Source: the human T2T-CHM13v2.0 reference genome, Homo sapiens
Reading direction: 5' to 3' (one strand)
Assembly (NCBI RefSeq): GCF_009914755.1
Contig: NC_060944.1
DNA length: 64,000 nucleotides
This document shows positions 1 to 28,039 of the stretch, in pieces. A program made the translations under genes and the position numbers. Within the stretch, counting starts at the first letter, position 1. Each line of letters begins with the position of its first letter. A model generated the notes under the pieces. It searched no databases, had not been told where the DNA came from, and was given only the letters and a program-made list of their open reading frames with translations.

Positions 1-242
1 ACCAATGAACATGGCATGTTTCACTAAAATCCATTTACAATGACGGGCCATGGGCCAGAGTGTGCTGAGCTGGACTGAAAGGCTAAGTGATGGAGGCGTG
101 GCTCTGCCTCCAGACTGGAGCAATCTGCTCCAGACTTCCCAGGCAGAGCCAGACCCATCGGACATGCTTGCTTAGGAGAAGAATAAGCACCCCAGCATTG
201 AAAACAAAATGTTAAAATGCCAACATTTGTGTTTAATTCTAG

Positions 243-341
243 CTACAAAAGACAAGGAAAAGAATAAAGAGAAGAAATTCAAGGAGTTTGTGAGAGTGAA
301 GCCAAAGAAGAAAAAGAAAAAGAAAAAGAAAACCAAACCTG
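243..341 (+). CDS. PHF20: PHF20 internal coding exon (Lys-rich, ..[32 protein letters not shown])
   Basis: AG at 241-242, GT at 342-343; 99 nt, phase 1-1; joins the 1027 exon in frame; peptide recognised as PHF20. Confidence 0.93.
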
Positions 342-1026
342 GTAATTTTTTTTCCTGAGGGTTTCACTTAGGTTTCCTTACTATGAATGGGGAGGGGTTG
401 CTTTCTCCCATTATGGCCTCTGGGCCTGCGCTGAGCAGAGGAAGGACCAATAGTCTCTTACCAGGGCTTGTGGGCTCAACCTAGTATGGGCCCTGGAAGG
501 GGAGGCATCCACTCACCCAGGTGTTACAAAGTCCTGCTGGCATTGAAAAGCCTTCTCACTTGCTGCCTTGGCCAGTGTGCCCTGCTGCAGGATGGTACAG
601 ATGAAGGCATCGAAGTGTAAGCAGATGTGCAGGTGAATGATGGTATTTGTTCACACACACGACTCTTAAAACACATCTTTGAGCCCTCTTGAGAAAGGAT
701 TCCCTTCTTAAAAACTGTGTCTAGCCCTCACAAAAATGTTTAGAAAAATCTATATATTCTGACTTGGGACTTAAAGGATGCCACGTTTTATTCTTGGTGT
801 ATCTTCTAGCTTAGAAAAACAATCTTATCAGAAAAAGAGGAGAGGGTCAATACTTAAGAGGAGGTGTTTGGGCCCCTTCATCTGCTCTCCACACCTCTTT
901 TTGGTTGAATTGTCCCTGAGCCTTTGTGCTGCTTGAAAAGGAGGCTTGTTGGTTGGATGAGATTGATTCTAGAATGCACCAGTGTTAACTAGGGTTATTC
1001 ATTCCTTCCTGATCCTGTTCTTCCAG

Positions 1027-1191
1027 AATGCCCCTGCAGTGAGGAGATCAGTGACACCTCCCAGGAACCTTCTCCACCCAAGGCATTTGCTGTTACCAGG
1101 TGTGGGTCCTCACACAAGCCAGGGGTCCATATGAGCCCGCAGCTTCATGGCCCAGAATCTGGACACCACAAAGGGAAAGTGAAAGCATTGG
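1027..1191 (+). CDS. PHF20: PHF20 coding exon (ECPCSEEISDTSQEPSPPK...HKGKVKAL)
   Basis: ttccag acceptor, G|gtaagg donor; 165 nt, phase 1-1, open frame. Confidence 0.94.
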
Positions 1192-1439
1192 GTAAGGAGG
1201 CTCTTCTGTCCTGATCATTTGCTGATCATTTATTGGAAAATACAAGCATACCTGGGAGATATTATGGGTTTGGTTCTAGGCCACTACAATAAAACAAATA
1301 AAGCTAGTCAGACATAATTTTTATTTTCCCAGTGTTTACAAAACTTATGTTTATACTATATTGTAGTCTCTTAAGTGTTCAGTAGCATATGTCTAAAACA
1401 ATGCATATACCTTAATTGGAAAATATTGTTGTGTTGAGA

Positions 1440-1675
1440 AATGTCAAGTTTTTTGGAGTAAGTCCTCAAAAGCATAGACAATAAATAAAGAAATGGACAA
1501 GTGGGATTGCATCAAGCTGAAAAGCTTATGCACAGCAAACTAAACGATTAATAGAATGAACCGAAAACCTACTGAATGAAAGAAAATATTTGTAAACTAT
1601 TCATCAACAAGAGATTAGTAGCTGGAATATATAAGAACTCAACTCAATAGAAAAATTATTCAATGTAAAAATTGG
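1440..1675 (+). mobile_element. Old L1 ORF2 3' fragment
   Basis: gacaagtgggattgcatcaagctgaaaagc..tgcacagcaaa is typical L1 sequence. Confidence 0.75.
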
Positions 1676-1676
1676 T

Positions 1677-4058
<2,382 letters not shown>

Positions 4059-4477
4059 TTGTTTACAGAGTTTTAAAGGTAGCTCTGGATACAGACAGAC
4101 TGTAAGCCAGGTCCTGACTGGATGGAGTGAGGCTGAAGAACATGTTAGAGTTGTCAGGGATGGTGGCCTGTGTGGTTCATGGGGAGTTGTAGCTCCTCTG
4201 CCACTGAGTTCTATGATCTTGAGTAGCCACTGCCGTTGGGCTTCATTCTCTCAGTGAAATGAGGAAGTGGAGTTGAGTTCACTGCCAGGCAGCATGCTTC
4301 GTTTGGGCTGTTACTAAATGACAGATCCAAGGACAGATTGGCATCCTCGTTTCCTTGCCCTATGAATGTTCTTGTTTGGAGGTATGGGACTATAATGTCA
4401 TTTTTCATTCTTGACAATCAAAGGTTTTTTAATTTTATAACCTAAAATAGTAACTGTTGTTTTCCCTTTCCTCGTAG

Positions 4478-4656
4478 AGGAGGATAATTTGAGTGAGTCC
4501 TCTTCTGAGAGCTTTCTCTGGAGTGATGATGAGTATGGCCAAGATGTGGATGTGACCACCAACCCAGATGAGGAACTTGATGGGGATGACCGCTATGACT
4601 TCGAGGTGGTCCGCTGCATCTGTGAGGTCCAGGAGGAAAATGACTTCATGATTCAG
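4478..4656 (+). CDS. PHF20: PHF20 coding exon, acidic stretch and start of PHD finger (EEDNLSES...VRCICEVQEENDFMIQ)
   Basis: ctcgtag acceptor, CAG|gtaggc donor; overlaps ORF 4489-4686; first Cys pair of the PHD finger. Confidence 0.96.
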
Positions 4657-6024
4657 GTAGGCAGAGCTTCCAGGAAACAGGTCTAGAGAAGCACAAACTG
4701 GTCCTTGGAGGGAATTTTGAGGCCAGCAACAATGGCAAGTCATAGCAGAGCCCCAGAAACACAGCACGAACGGCAGCAGACTGAGCTTCTCTTTTTCGTT
4801 TGGCTTCCTCAGAGTTCCAGGCTGCCATACATAGTCCATTGATGGAGTAAGAGAGGACTTTAGGGATCACTGAGTCTAAACCTCTCATGCTCTGCTTGAG
4901 GCAGCTGGGACCCGCAAATGGGAAGGGCCTTGCCTGTGGTCACAAAGTGAGGAGTTGAACAGCAGGGACTGAAATCTTTGGAGTGGCAGTTTAATCTTCC
5001 CATGGACTCTTATCTTCTCTTTGAGGTAAATTTTCTTTAAGATCCAAAGTCATGCAGGCTGGCTTTATAACTTCTATGTTTCTTTTTCTTTATTTTCCTG
5101 ACATTTGAGTCTGTCATCTTCATCTCTGAGATGTGCCTGTGGTGGGTGGGACCTCCTTACCTGCTTGGGGAAACCATGCCTGGCCAGCACCTGCCTGCCC
5201 TGTCCCTTGTCTGTAAATTGCAGTTCTGGGAGAGGTGGCGCTGGCTGGCTGGCTCCTAAGGGTGTCACAAGTTCCCTGGGTGTCTTGACAGCTGCCCAAC
5301 TGGCTTGGGAAGCTGAGTTTTTAAAAGTCATGGTTATATTGGTTAGGATTTTTTTTTAGGGGCAAGTACAAATATTGTTGGGAAAATAGACTGGGTCCTA
5401 GGGCTCAGAGGCAGGGCTGCTTTCAGGCTCAGAACCTGGAATTCCATCTTGAGGGCCTTGGTCTGCCTTGTTTCCTGCTTCTCTGGAGTCCTTTTGGTTC
5501 TTTTTTATTTTATTCCTTGCTTATTTTCTTGGAAAATGCAAAATGGCCACCTTTGGCCTCGCCCCAATTTTACATTTTTGTGTTCAAGAGGCTAGGTAGA
5601 CCAAGGTCAGAATCTTAGTCCCAGTTCTAAATTTCTGAGTAAGTAATTCCAGCCAAATTTAGATCAGATATTAGTTTTTGGAACAGTCACCTGTGGCCAG
5701 AGGGGAAAGAGGTTTGTTATGGATCAAATGCTCTCCCCTGGTCTAGTTGTCTGATCTGGTGGTAGTAGAGCTTACAGATTATCGACAGGGGCAAAAAGAC
5801 TGCCTGGGGCCCACCTGTGTTATATTATAGCGTTAATGGGGGTTCAGGGATTGTTCCCAGTAAAGGGGGTGGCTGCCCATTGTCCAATAAGAATCTGTAT
5901 AGCCTATTGAGATTATGAGAAACAGGCCCAGCCCCTTTGGCTTGCTTTCTGTGATAGAATATTATTTCCTTGCCCTTTCAGTACTGTAGGTTGGCATGGC
6001 ATGGGTTTGGTTTTTTTTTTCTTT

Positions 6025-6575
<551 letters not shown>

Positions 6576-6799
6576 CATGGCATGGATTTTTGAAATTCAC
6601 TTTTGGATCTTGACTTAATATACAGTTACATTTTTTCCTCTCATCTTTGAATTTGTTGTCTTTATACTCAACAATCCCCTTTCCTTTTATTTCTTGAAAC
6701 ATTGGGACTTTTCCGTAGCTCTTTAAACTTTCAGAACAACTAGAGATGAGTAGATGTATTTGCTTTTTTGCCTTTTATTTTCCCAGGGCTTTTAGAAAA

Positions 6800-7345
6800 C
6801 ACTTTTATTTTGAAATAATTATAGATTCACAGGAGATTGTAAAGAGGTGTACAGGAGAGTCCCATGAATTCCTCTGCTGGTCTTCCTCCCATGGCAAAAG
6901 CCCATAAACCCACAGTAGGATATCAAAACTACAAAACCATTTGACATTGGCATAATCACTAGAGCTTATTCAGATTTTATCAGTGATATACACATACTCA
7001 TTTGTGTGTGCATATAGCTCTGTGTGCTTTCATTACAAGTACAGCCTTGTGTAATCACTCCCGCAATCAAGGTACTGAGGTATACTAAGACCATGAGATT
7101 CCCTCCTGGTACCCATACTTTGTAGCCATACTTATCCCTAACCCTGGAAACACTAAACTGTTTCAACTGTCTATAATTATGTAATTTATGATTCTTGGTT
7201 AATGGAATCACGTGGTATGTATCTTTTTGAGAGAGGCCTTTTTTACTCTGTATAATATCCTTGAGATTCATCCATGTTGTTGTGTGTTTCAGTAGTCATT
7301 TATTCTTATTGTCCGGTAGTATTCCATGCTATGGATGTACCACAG
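6800..7345 (-). mobile_element. Old L1M 3' end
   Basis: ttttattttgaaataattatagattcacagga...gattcatccatgttgttg. Confidence 0.7.
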
Positions 7346-8404
7346 TCGTGCTCTTTTTGTTAATAGAACTAAAGCAACTCTATGGAGCTAAGGTAACTGG
7401 GTACAGCTGAGTAGTGATTTAAAGTTTCTGGAGTGTTTTCAGAAATACCATCTCACCTCTAACAAGGCGATCTCAAGTCACTTATTTGGGAAAACAAAAT
7501 TACGAAGATATGATTTCTTTCATTGTTGTAGAACCATTAAATAAGTCATCAGATTATGATTTGAACCCAGGGCACCCAGTCAAGTGCTCTTTCCCTATGC
7601 GGCCTTAGCTACGGGGATTTACATTTACAGTTGAGAAGTGAAACAAGAAAAATTTGTTTTTGAAACATAATAGTACCATCTAGCCTGGCTGACCAACCCT
7701 TCCCCAGCACCACCAGTGGACATGCGCATGTACATACACACATACATACCCACACTTTAGGCTGAGGGAGAGTCTTGTCTTTTTGAATAGCCTTCATAGT
7801 AACCTCTGGGATTCAAGGGTACCTGATATTTAAGACCTTTATTAAACCTTGGTTCAGTGGTTTTCAAACATTTTTGAATATCAGAACCCCTTTTCCTAAT
7901 GGACTGTTTCATAGAACCCCAAAATGTGTAACAGGTAACAGCAATAGTTTTGAAAGTTCAAAATGGATAATCTTTACTTGTGAGGTCGGACATGTGAATG
8001 GTGGGCATATTCCCATGATTCTAATATGCTGTCAGAATTATGAGTGACAGACAGTTGCTGACTTGGAGCACTTCAGTGGCTCATTTGTTTTTCTCTATTT
8101 GGTTATACAACAGTGAGACAAGCGTGATGCACATGGCCATTGTCAGGGTGACTTTTCCTGAACAGCATGCTGTGTAGTTACTTTGATTAATCAGAGATGG
8201 GAGGACAAGCTCCGTTTTGAGGTCAACATAATACTGAGCTATCCTAGCAATACAAAATTATGTGTGGTGGCGGGCTTCATTGTCTTAACATATGGCTTGG
8301 AACATGTTTGAGTGTGCATCTTTTTTTTTTTAATTGTCCTACCTTAAAAACACACACATTTTGCAGACTCTCTGAAGCCCTGTGGACTACTATTAGATAA
8401 TTGT

Positions 8405-13532
<5,128 letters not shown>

Positions 13533-14289
13533 ACAGACTTTCATTTTTAATTGTTAGTCTGTTTTCTGCTACTGACCGCCTTTTTGTCACTTTACATATC
13601 TTCTCTGAGCCTTAGTTTCCTCATCTGTAAATTGAAGAATCTAAAACAGATATCTAAAGCCTGTCTTCCCGCTCTGCCCACATTGATTCTGATGTGATTA
13701 ACTTCCTAGAGGCCTTATATCTGCTCAGGGAAGCCCTCTTGATGCCAGGACCTATGTGACTCCCAGTGGTTGAGGACCATCTGAGCTCTGGATTTCTAGT
13801 CCCTTGTGGCCAGGCTGGTGGGCCACCATCAAGGTCATGTCAGGAAGCTCACTGTCCACCTTCTAGGGCTAATTTGTTTGGTTGGGTAGTTAAAGGTTTA
13901 GGGTCCTGGTTTGGAATTGCTTGAAGTGCCCTAGTATCTCCTCGGGAGTTCGCCTTTCCTTTTCATTCCCTCCTCTGGACCCTTAGCTCTCAGACCTACT
14001 ATCCTCAGGCTGTCCACATGTCTCCCAGTGCAACCCTCATTGTCAACTCCCTCCTTTCCCTCTCTGCCTTCTGGCCCTCTCCCCCTGTCCCCTCAATACT
14101 CAGGGAAGGAAGTGGAGCCTTGGGTTGAAAGAACTGGTTTAGCAACGAGTCAGGTTATGTTCTTATCCACCTTTGCCTTTCAATAGCTATGTGATCTTTG
14201 GTAAGGTTTAGAGAGAATAAATGCAAAGTACTAACCCATGATTACTCCAGCAGGGGTCTTAGTGAATTGGTTTGCTCATTAGTGGTTAA

Positions 14290-14610
14290 TAGTATTAATA
14301 GTAGCTTATTACATAAAGCTATGTGCTGGGCTCTGTAATAGGAGCTTTTACATATGACCCATTGAATCTTCACAAACAGCCCCAGGAGGAGGGTAGGAAT
14401 TGTGTATCCCATTTTGCAGATGGGGAAAATAAAGCCCAGGAGAACTAACCTGTGCAAAGTCACACAGCTAATGAGTGTCTGAGCCATAATTCAAACTCAG
14501 CTTTAAGATGTCACTCGTGGGACTGAGGAACTGAATTTTTAGCTTACCTTGTTAATTTCAATGTAGAGCCACATGTGGCTAGTGGCTACCATACTGGACA
14601 GTGCAGTTCC
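14290..14610. mobile_element. MIR followed by a MER3-like fragment
   Basis: cccattttgcagatgggga...gtcacacagcta; gccacatgtggctagtggctacc. Confidence 0.65.
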
Positions 14611-14772
14611 AGATGTGTGGCAGCAGCTCAGTTCCACGTTAGTCAGGAGGGAGTGCTCCTTCCTCCCCTCTCCTTCTATCCTCCCATGCCCCTCCCCTCA
14701 GCAGGTGGGTCTTACTTTTGGATGGAGAACACCTTCTGAGTTTAATTTTTGTTGCTTCTTTAATTCTAACAG

Positions 14773-14872
14773 TGTGAAGAGTGCCAGTGCTGGCAGCATG
14801 GGGTCTGCATGGGATTACTGGAAGAAAATGTGCCCGAGAAATACACCTGTTATGTTTGCCAAGACCCTCCAG
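14773..14872 (+). CDS. PHF20: PHF20 coding exon, PHD finger core ([33 protein letters not shown])
   Basis: taacag acceptor, CAG|gtagag donor; completes the C4HC3 motif with the previous exon. Confidence 0.96.
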
Positions 14873-15124
14873 GTAGAGATTTCTGGAGTCAGGGATATAA
14901 CAGTATGTAGCCTTTTCCTTGGCACAGCTGGCTGTGACACATTCTAAATGTCTGCGGTCTTGAGACTCATTTCTTCAGCATCGGCTAGACTCCAGCTCCT
15001 CCTCGCCTCTGTTGCTATCCTGCCTTGTGGCCAGCTATCCTGAACGTAGCAATAAGAGCACACGTGTGAAGGGGCCCACCTAGTGGAAGGCCTGGCCTTG
15101 AGCTAGAACTTTTCCTTTTCTTTA

Positions 15125-15455
<331 letters not shown>

Positions 15456-15562
15456 GCATGAGATCTACCCTCAACAATACAGTATTGTTGTTAATAACTA
15501 TAAGCACAATGTCGTACAGCAGATCTCCAGAACTTTCATCCTGCCTGATTGAAGCTGTGTAG

Positions 15563-15667
15563 AAAAATGTAGAAACTTCACAAGTTTGAGTGTCATCCTT
15601 GTGTAGGGGCCATGCTAATCTTCTCTGTATTGTTCCTGTTTTAGTGTATGTGCTGCCGAAGTGGCAC
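15563..15667 (-). pseudogene. Full-length diverged U6 snRNA retrocopy
   Basis: Reverse complement reads GTGC..CTTCGGCAGCACATACACTAAAA..ATACAGAGAAGATTAGCATGGCCCCT..CAAGGATGACAC..TTTTT. Confidence 0.95.
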
Positions 15668-17460
15668 CTTTTCCTTTTCTTGAGGACTCATGAGGATGGG
15701 CGTGTGGGCTCTGTCTTTGGCTTTTGGGGGCTATTGGAGGGTTAGAAACTTGCCTTTGCCCCCTGTGGCAACATCTGCCCTTCATCACATCACTGCCATC
15801 CTGAAGGGAGAAATGCCCTTGAGGGGAAGGAGGAAGGCATGGTTGGGTAGAGCCTGTTGCCACCCTGAGCAGTGACTTAATTCCTTAGCAGGATCAGTTA
15901 GTTCCATGGCTATAGGGGTCACCTGTGGCTCTTGATTGCTCCTTTCTAGAAGGGGTGGATTGTAAATATGCAGTTCATTGTCTTGGTTTCCATGGGATGG
16001 TGACATTGTCTCCCATTACCACTTGTAAGGTTCTCCCTCAGCTCTAGTCCCCTGATTCCTTTAGAGCTAGACAGTGCTTGAGAGCCTCTGCTTCCGTTAC
16101 TCCTTTCTGTCCGATAAGGTGGGCCTGGTTCTCCTACTCCCAGTTTTGCTTATGAGGAAGAAATTGATCCTTGAGGATACAGTTGACTTTCCTCATAAAG
16201 CAAATTGGAATTAGAACTGGTTTGCAGAGCCAGATCTCTTGATTTTGTTGGTTGTCTAGGGAGGGACTGGCCACCAGTTCATTTAACAGCATGCAGGTCC
16301 CCTCTGGGCCTGAAGGCCTCTGTTGTGACACTGTCTCCTTGTACTAGAAGCATCTGCCTCCACTTGTCCCTTTATCCCAAGGAAAGAATAGTCAGAAGAT
16401 TTGACAGGTGAACAAACACAAGTCCAGAAGGGACATGACTGGCCCAAGATCACGCCACCAGCTAATGCCAGACAGGCGATGAGAACCAGTTGTCTCATAC
16501 CTTTGCCTTGTAAAACAGGTAGTGCAGCTCTGAATCCTGCTGCTCTAGGCACTGCCTGCAGCAGCTGCCTCTGGGGTTCCCCCATATATTCCTGAAGGCT
16601 CCTTAGCATACCTTTTAAAAATCTTTTTTTCCCTACTGTGTCTTTCTCTCTACTTTTCCTTCTTTAGAAGTCACACACACCATCTTCATCAAATCCTGTG
16701 CACTTACTGAACTTCTACGACTTTAATCGCCAATACTGTGAATAGACTCTTCCTTGAACTGAGCACAGCATGTCTGCCACAGGGTCTACCTTTATAGACT
16801 GACTCTGCAGAGGGCTGGACCAAAAGTTTAACAGATTCGTTTTTTAAAGGCTACTTAAAAATAGTTTTAACAGAATCAAGGTGTATCCCCACCATGTGTA
16901 TTAGTAAAGCCAGAAGTAGCTCAAAGACCTTAATAGGAATCACCTGGGTGTTTCAAGGTTTTTATAGATATTGACAGTCGAACAACAGTCTGGTAGAAAG
17001 CTTTTCCCTGGGACTTTGGAGCAGGTCATGTTGATAAGTCACATGTGCTTTTGTTTTCAGTCCTTCCTAAGGAGCCCTGTAACAAATAGGATGGCTGAAG
17101 CCATCCAGTTCCTATGTTGTTCTAATGAATGGATAACAGGTACAGAGAAGGGAAGGGGCCTGATCATCTGTTGAGTTAGGTGGTAGAAGGTACATTTGCA
17201 GGGGGACTTGAGGCATCTTTCCATTCATTTGATAAGTCCATTCAAGATGCCTTTTGCCAGGCACTGGGGATACAACCATGAACAAGATAGTTCCTACTCT
17301 TTCGGCTCTTAATTGGGTTGGGAGCCAGAAACAGAAGTTAAAACAAGTTAAGTAAACAAGACTGTGTAAGGTAGTGATGAATGCCGTGACGGGAAAATTG
17401 ATAAGACGACTTGAGGCACTGATGATGCTCTCAACTTTGGGAAGTAGCAGAAGGCCCCAC

Positions 17461-22670
<5,210 letters not shown>

Positions 22671-23844
22671 TGAATCCTCATCTAGATCCTCCATCTTTAG
22701 AGAAATTACTTTGTTTGTAGTAGAATTAAATCTGTCTTCTAGCAATTCAGAAGAGGGCATAGGAAGATCTTGGTACTTCTTACAAATGGAGAAAAGATCC
22801 TGGGAAAGGGGAAGGTGGCCCCAGTATGTCTCTGTATTCATGGATGGTCTCTGTTGTCATGGGCTCTGGGTCTTTATTCTCAGAAATATTGTTCCCCAGT
22901 GACCTGGTGAATTTATTTTCGAAGACAAACAATAAAACTGGGAGTAACTTCAGAGCATCTGTCATCATAAAAAACATGGCCTGGATGGCTGTGCTTACCT
23001 TCTTCATGACTGACAGGGCTTACAAGGAAATGGCAGGGTCATGCTTGCGAGAAGTAGCACCTTCAGATCGCAGTTGGAAGGATGAAAATTGTAGGTGGGA
23101 GGAAGCAGAGACTTTAATGGTTTTTTTAATAAAGAGCAGGTCTGTACTATGGTTCGTGTGTTCCATGTTAACAGGTAGTGGACCTGAAAGTTAACAATGA
23201 CTCCCATTTCCCCTGAGCAGTTTTAGTGGTGTGTCTGGGTCCTGGGTAGGCTCCTGGGACAGGCTGATACCCTGTCTGGAGGTATCCCAAACAATTGATG
23301 CCAATTGTTTCCCCTCTTCCTTAGTGGCTAGCAGTGGTATGGGATTGCTGGAGTGGGAGAGCTGAGACGGGATAGTTGCAGGCCCTTGGGAGCAGAATTT
23401 TAGTTCTGTAACATCGCTCTATGCCTTCATGTATATGACCACTTCCACTTTCACAGGAAGGTACAGGAAGGCATCCACAGCATTTTATGTGCACATACAT
23501 GGAGGCACAGCTTTCAGTAGATGCTCACAGGAGTCTGGCCCTAAAAAGGATAAGAATCCCTGTTCTTTTCTTTAATAACAAACTTTTTTCTTTGGAATGG
23601 TGCGAATAAATTTTCAGAATAATTTTTAGAAGCTTTATCATTAATGACCTATACATAAAGGACAGTTGATTTTATTTTTTTAACCCCTGGGTAATCATTG
23701 CATTTTTGTAATCAAATGCCATTACATGCTGGGATCATTGTGACTGTTTATTAATAAGTTAAGGTTATTTTTAGTAAGTCACATTTGAAGAGCACTTTAC
23801 CACCATTAATTCACTTAATTGTTATGAAACTCAGTGTTTGATGG

Positions 23845-25351
<1,507 letters not shown>

Positions 25352-25688
25352 ATAGCAGACAGATCAGACAGATAATTAGCCCAGTTTCACAGAGGAGGAA
25401 GTAGGAATGATGCTGGTTGAGTGAGTTGTCCCAGAGTTGAAATCCAGTCAGGTCTTCTGACTGAGAGTCCAGTCCCACTCACTGTGTGTGACCACAGTGG
25501 GAGCTCACTAAGGAGTGGTCTCCTAGGAGACCACGGATTCACATTCGCTCTTGTTTAGCAAATGGTAGTGTGTGGTCAGATGGCCCAGGTGGAGCTGCTG
25601 TCCCTACTGGGAGAGTATTTAGGAATTGAGAACCCCTGCAATGGTGCCAGTTACTCCAAAGCCCATGTCCTCTTTGTCCTCTCAACAG

Positions 25689-26100
25689 AAGCCGGGAGCA
25701 TCCTGATCTGCCGCTGTGGTGCCAGCCTTGGAAACAGCACTCAGGGGAGGGGAGATCTCATTTCAGAAACATCCCTGTCACTGACACCAGGAGCAAGGAG
25801 GAAGCTCCAAGCTATAGAACTTTGAACGGGGCAGTGGAGAAGCCCAGGCCCCTGGCCCTGCCCCTGCCGCGTTCTGTGGAGGAATCCTATATCACCAGTG
25901 AGCATTGCTACCAGAAGCCCCGCGCCTATTACCCTGCCGTGGAGCAGAAGCTGGTGGTGGAGACGAGGGGCTCTGCCCTCGACGATGCGGTCAACCCCCT
26001 CCATGAGAACGGCGATGATTCCCTTTCCCCGCGCCTGGGCTGGCCTCTAGACCAAGACAGGAGCAAGGGGGACAGTGACCCCAAACCCGGCTCCCCAAAG
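25689..26100 (+). CDS. PHF20: PHF20 coding exon (QSREHPDLPLWCQPW...SDPKPGSPK)
   Basis: caacag acceptor, AAG|gtatgt donor; 412 nt, phase 2-0; overlaps ORF 25822-26169. Confidence 0.96.
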
Positions 26101-27855
26101 GTATGTGGCTGCCTTGTACTTGTTCTTCATTCATTGCGTGAATGCTTGCAAGTTATCCTCCTAGTTTGAATGCTCTATGGAAGATATTTATTAATAAAAC
26201 TGTATTTAAATTTGCTTACCATAGATATGTTTTGGTTTGCCAAAATGGGTGCAAAGTCAGGAGAGCCCACTTAAGCCAAAGATCCTTGGTTCCAGGAAGC
26301 ACCCACAAAATGGCATAGTCAAGTGTGGCACGTGGGGTGGGGGGCGCGGGTGCAGAGGGAGGGAGAGGTGGGAAGTAGCAAGGAGATATGGATTAGCAAA
26401 ACTCATCTTTTCTTTAAGGCAGTTTGCATTATAATTGCACCTAGATGTTAATTCTTAGCATGAGCAAACAATGAGTCAAATGTTTTGTTAGGCAGAATTT
26501 TTTCAATCCAGTTGTATGATAGCTTTATTTTGACTTTTAACTTTGAAGCCCTGTGGTAAAAATGGTACACTTTGTCAAAATATTGCTGGTTTCATCAGTT
26601 TTCCCAAGAGCCACTTTTGGTTTTTTGTTATTCAAGTCATTCTCTTCTAGAACCCCCTTGTATCACCTCGTTGCCGGTGTTTTCATCTCTAACTGCTCAC
26701 TAGGCTCATTGTGCCCTGTCCTCAGTTGTCAGTGAGGCTTTGTATGATTTGAGAGTTTCTCTGTCTCATCATCCTTACTTCCCAGACTTTCTCCTGCAGG
26801 TTGGTGTCACCAGTGTTAAATACATTGCTGCATGGTGCCAAGGGGATCCTAGATTACAAGCCCCTCAAGGGAGGGGATTGTATCTCATGCATCCTTGTGC
26901 CCTTGACTATGTCTAAACGGTGTTGGGCAAGGTGGTAAGAACACAGTCTTTTGAGACAGACGCAGTTTCAATTCTGAGCTCAGCCCCTTACTGTGTGATT
27001 CTGAGCGGGTTACTTCACTTTCCTGATCAGACCTGTTTTCTCGCCTGTAGAATGGGGCCAGTGAAGCCCCCTCAGTTACTGTGGAACATATTTGTGAAAA
27101 TCCCTCAGTAAAATCCCTCAGTTTTGCACATAGTAAGTACTAAATAAATATTGGCTAGAATCTATTTCATTTCAAATGGATGAATGAAAGGTTGAGTTAC
27201 CAAATCCTAGAAAAGGTTTGTGGTCCTGTGGATCAGGCAGGTTTCCTAGAGGTATCTGGCACATAAAACAAAGCCAGGAAATACTGGGCCTCAGCAAAGC
27301 AACCAGGGCTAACAGTCTTTTCCATTGATGGTAAGCTGACTGTAAGCTGGCCTTGCTTTTATGTGCCTTACCCTATTTCATCCTCATGAACCTTCCAAAT
27401 AGGTTTTAGTACCCCCATCCTCCCACCGAGAAAGCAGAGGCTCAGAGACATGAAGTAGTCCATCCAGACTCGCACATTCGCAGGAGATGGAGCTGAGACT
27501 TGAAACGCGTTGGTGTGACTCCCGTGTACTAACCCTTGTCTGCACTAGCCCTGCTCTAATCACCTCTCAGGGCTCTGGAAGCCATTCTGTGAGGCTTACT
27601 TTAGGCTAGGACATTGGCCCAGTCAGTAGGAAGCAGCTGTGGGTCCCCTGAGCTAGAGTGCTACCCTGAGGTAGTTGGAATTGGTACAGTGGGCAAGCTC
27701 CTGCCCAGTTCCTAAGTGGGAAATAGGAAAGGGAGGTAGGGATTTGGAGTATTGAAACTGCAGCTAGTATTTCAGGTGGCTGGAAATGCTGGCTGGTTGA
27801 AAAATGGGCCAGGGGCTATCTCCATTCAGTAATTTCCATGCCATTGCATCCCCAG

Positions 27856-28039
27856 GTGAAGGAATATGTCTCCAAAAAGGCCCTACCAGAAGAAGCCCCT
27901 GCTCGGAAGCTGCTGGACAGAGGTGGAGAGGGGCTGCTGAGCTCCCAGCACCAGTGGCAGTTTAACCTGCTGACCCATGTGGAATCTCTTCAGGATGAAG
28001 TTACGCACAGGATGGACTCCATTGAGAAGGAGTTGGATG
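27856..28039 (+). CDS. PHF20: PHF20 penultimate coding exon (VKEYVSKK...DSIEKELD)
   Basis: ccccag acceptor, G|gtaggg donor; 184 nt, phase 0-1. Confidence 0.96.

Noticed and set aside
161-170. p53 half-site GGACATGCTT in a PHF20 intron
   Set aside because: No adjacent second half-site; chance occurrence is likely
7940-8320. Repeat-free intronic block with an acceptor-like tatacaacag
   Set aside because: No convincing exon or RNA structure; cannot be supported without conservation data
15563-15667. Functional U6 gene
   Set aside because: Many substitutions, fused to L1, has a TSD, and no PSE/TATA promoter is recognisable upstream
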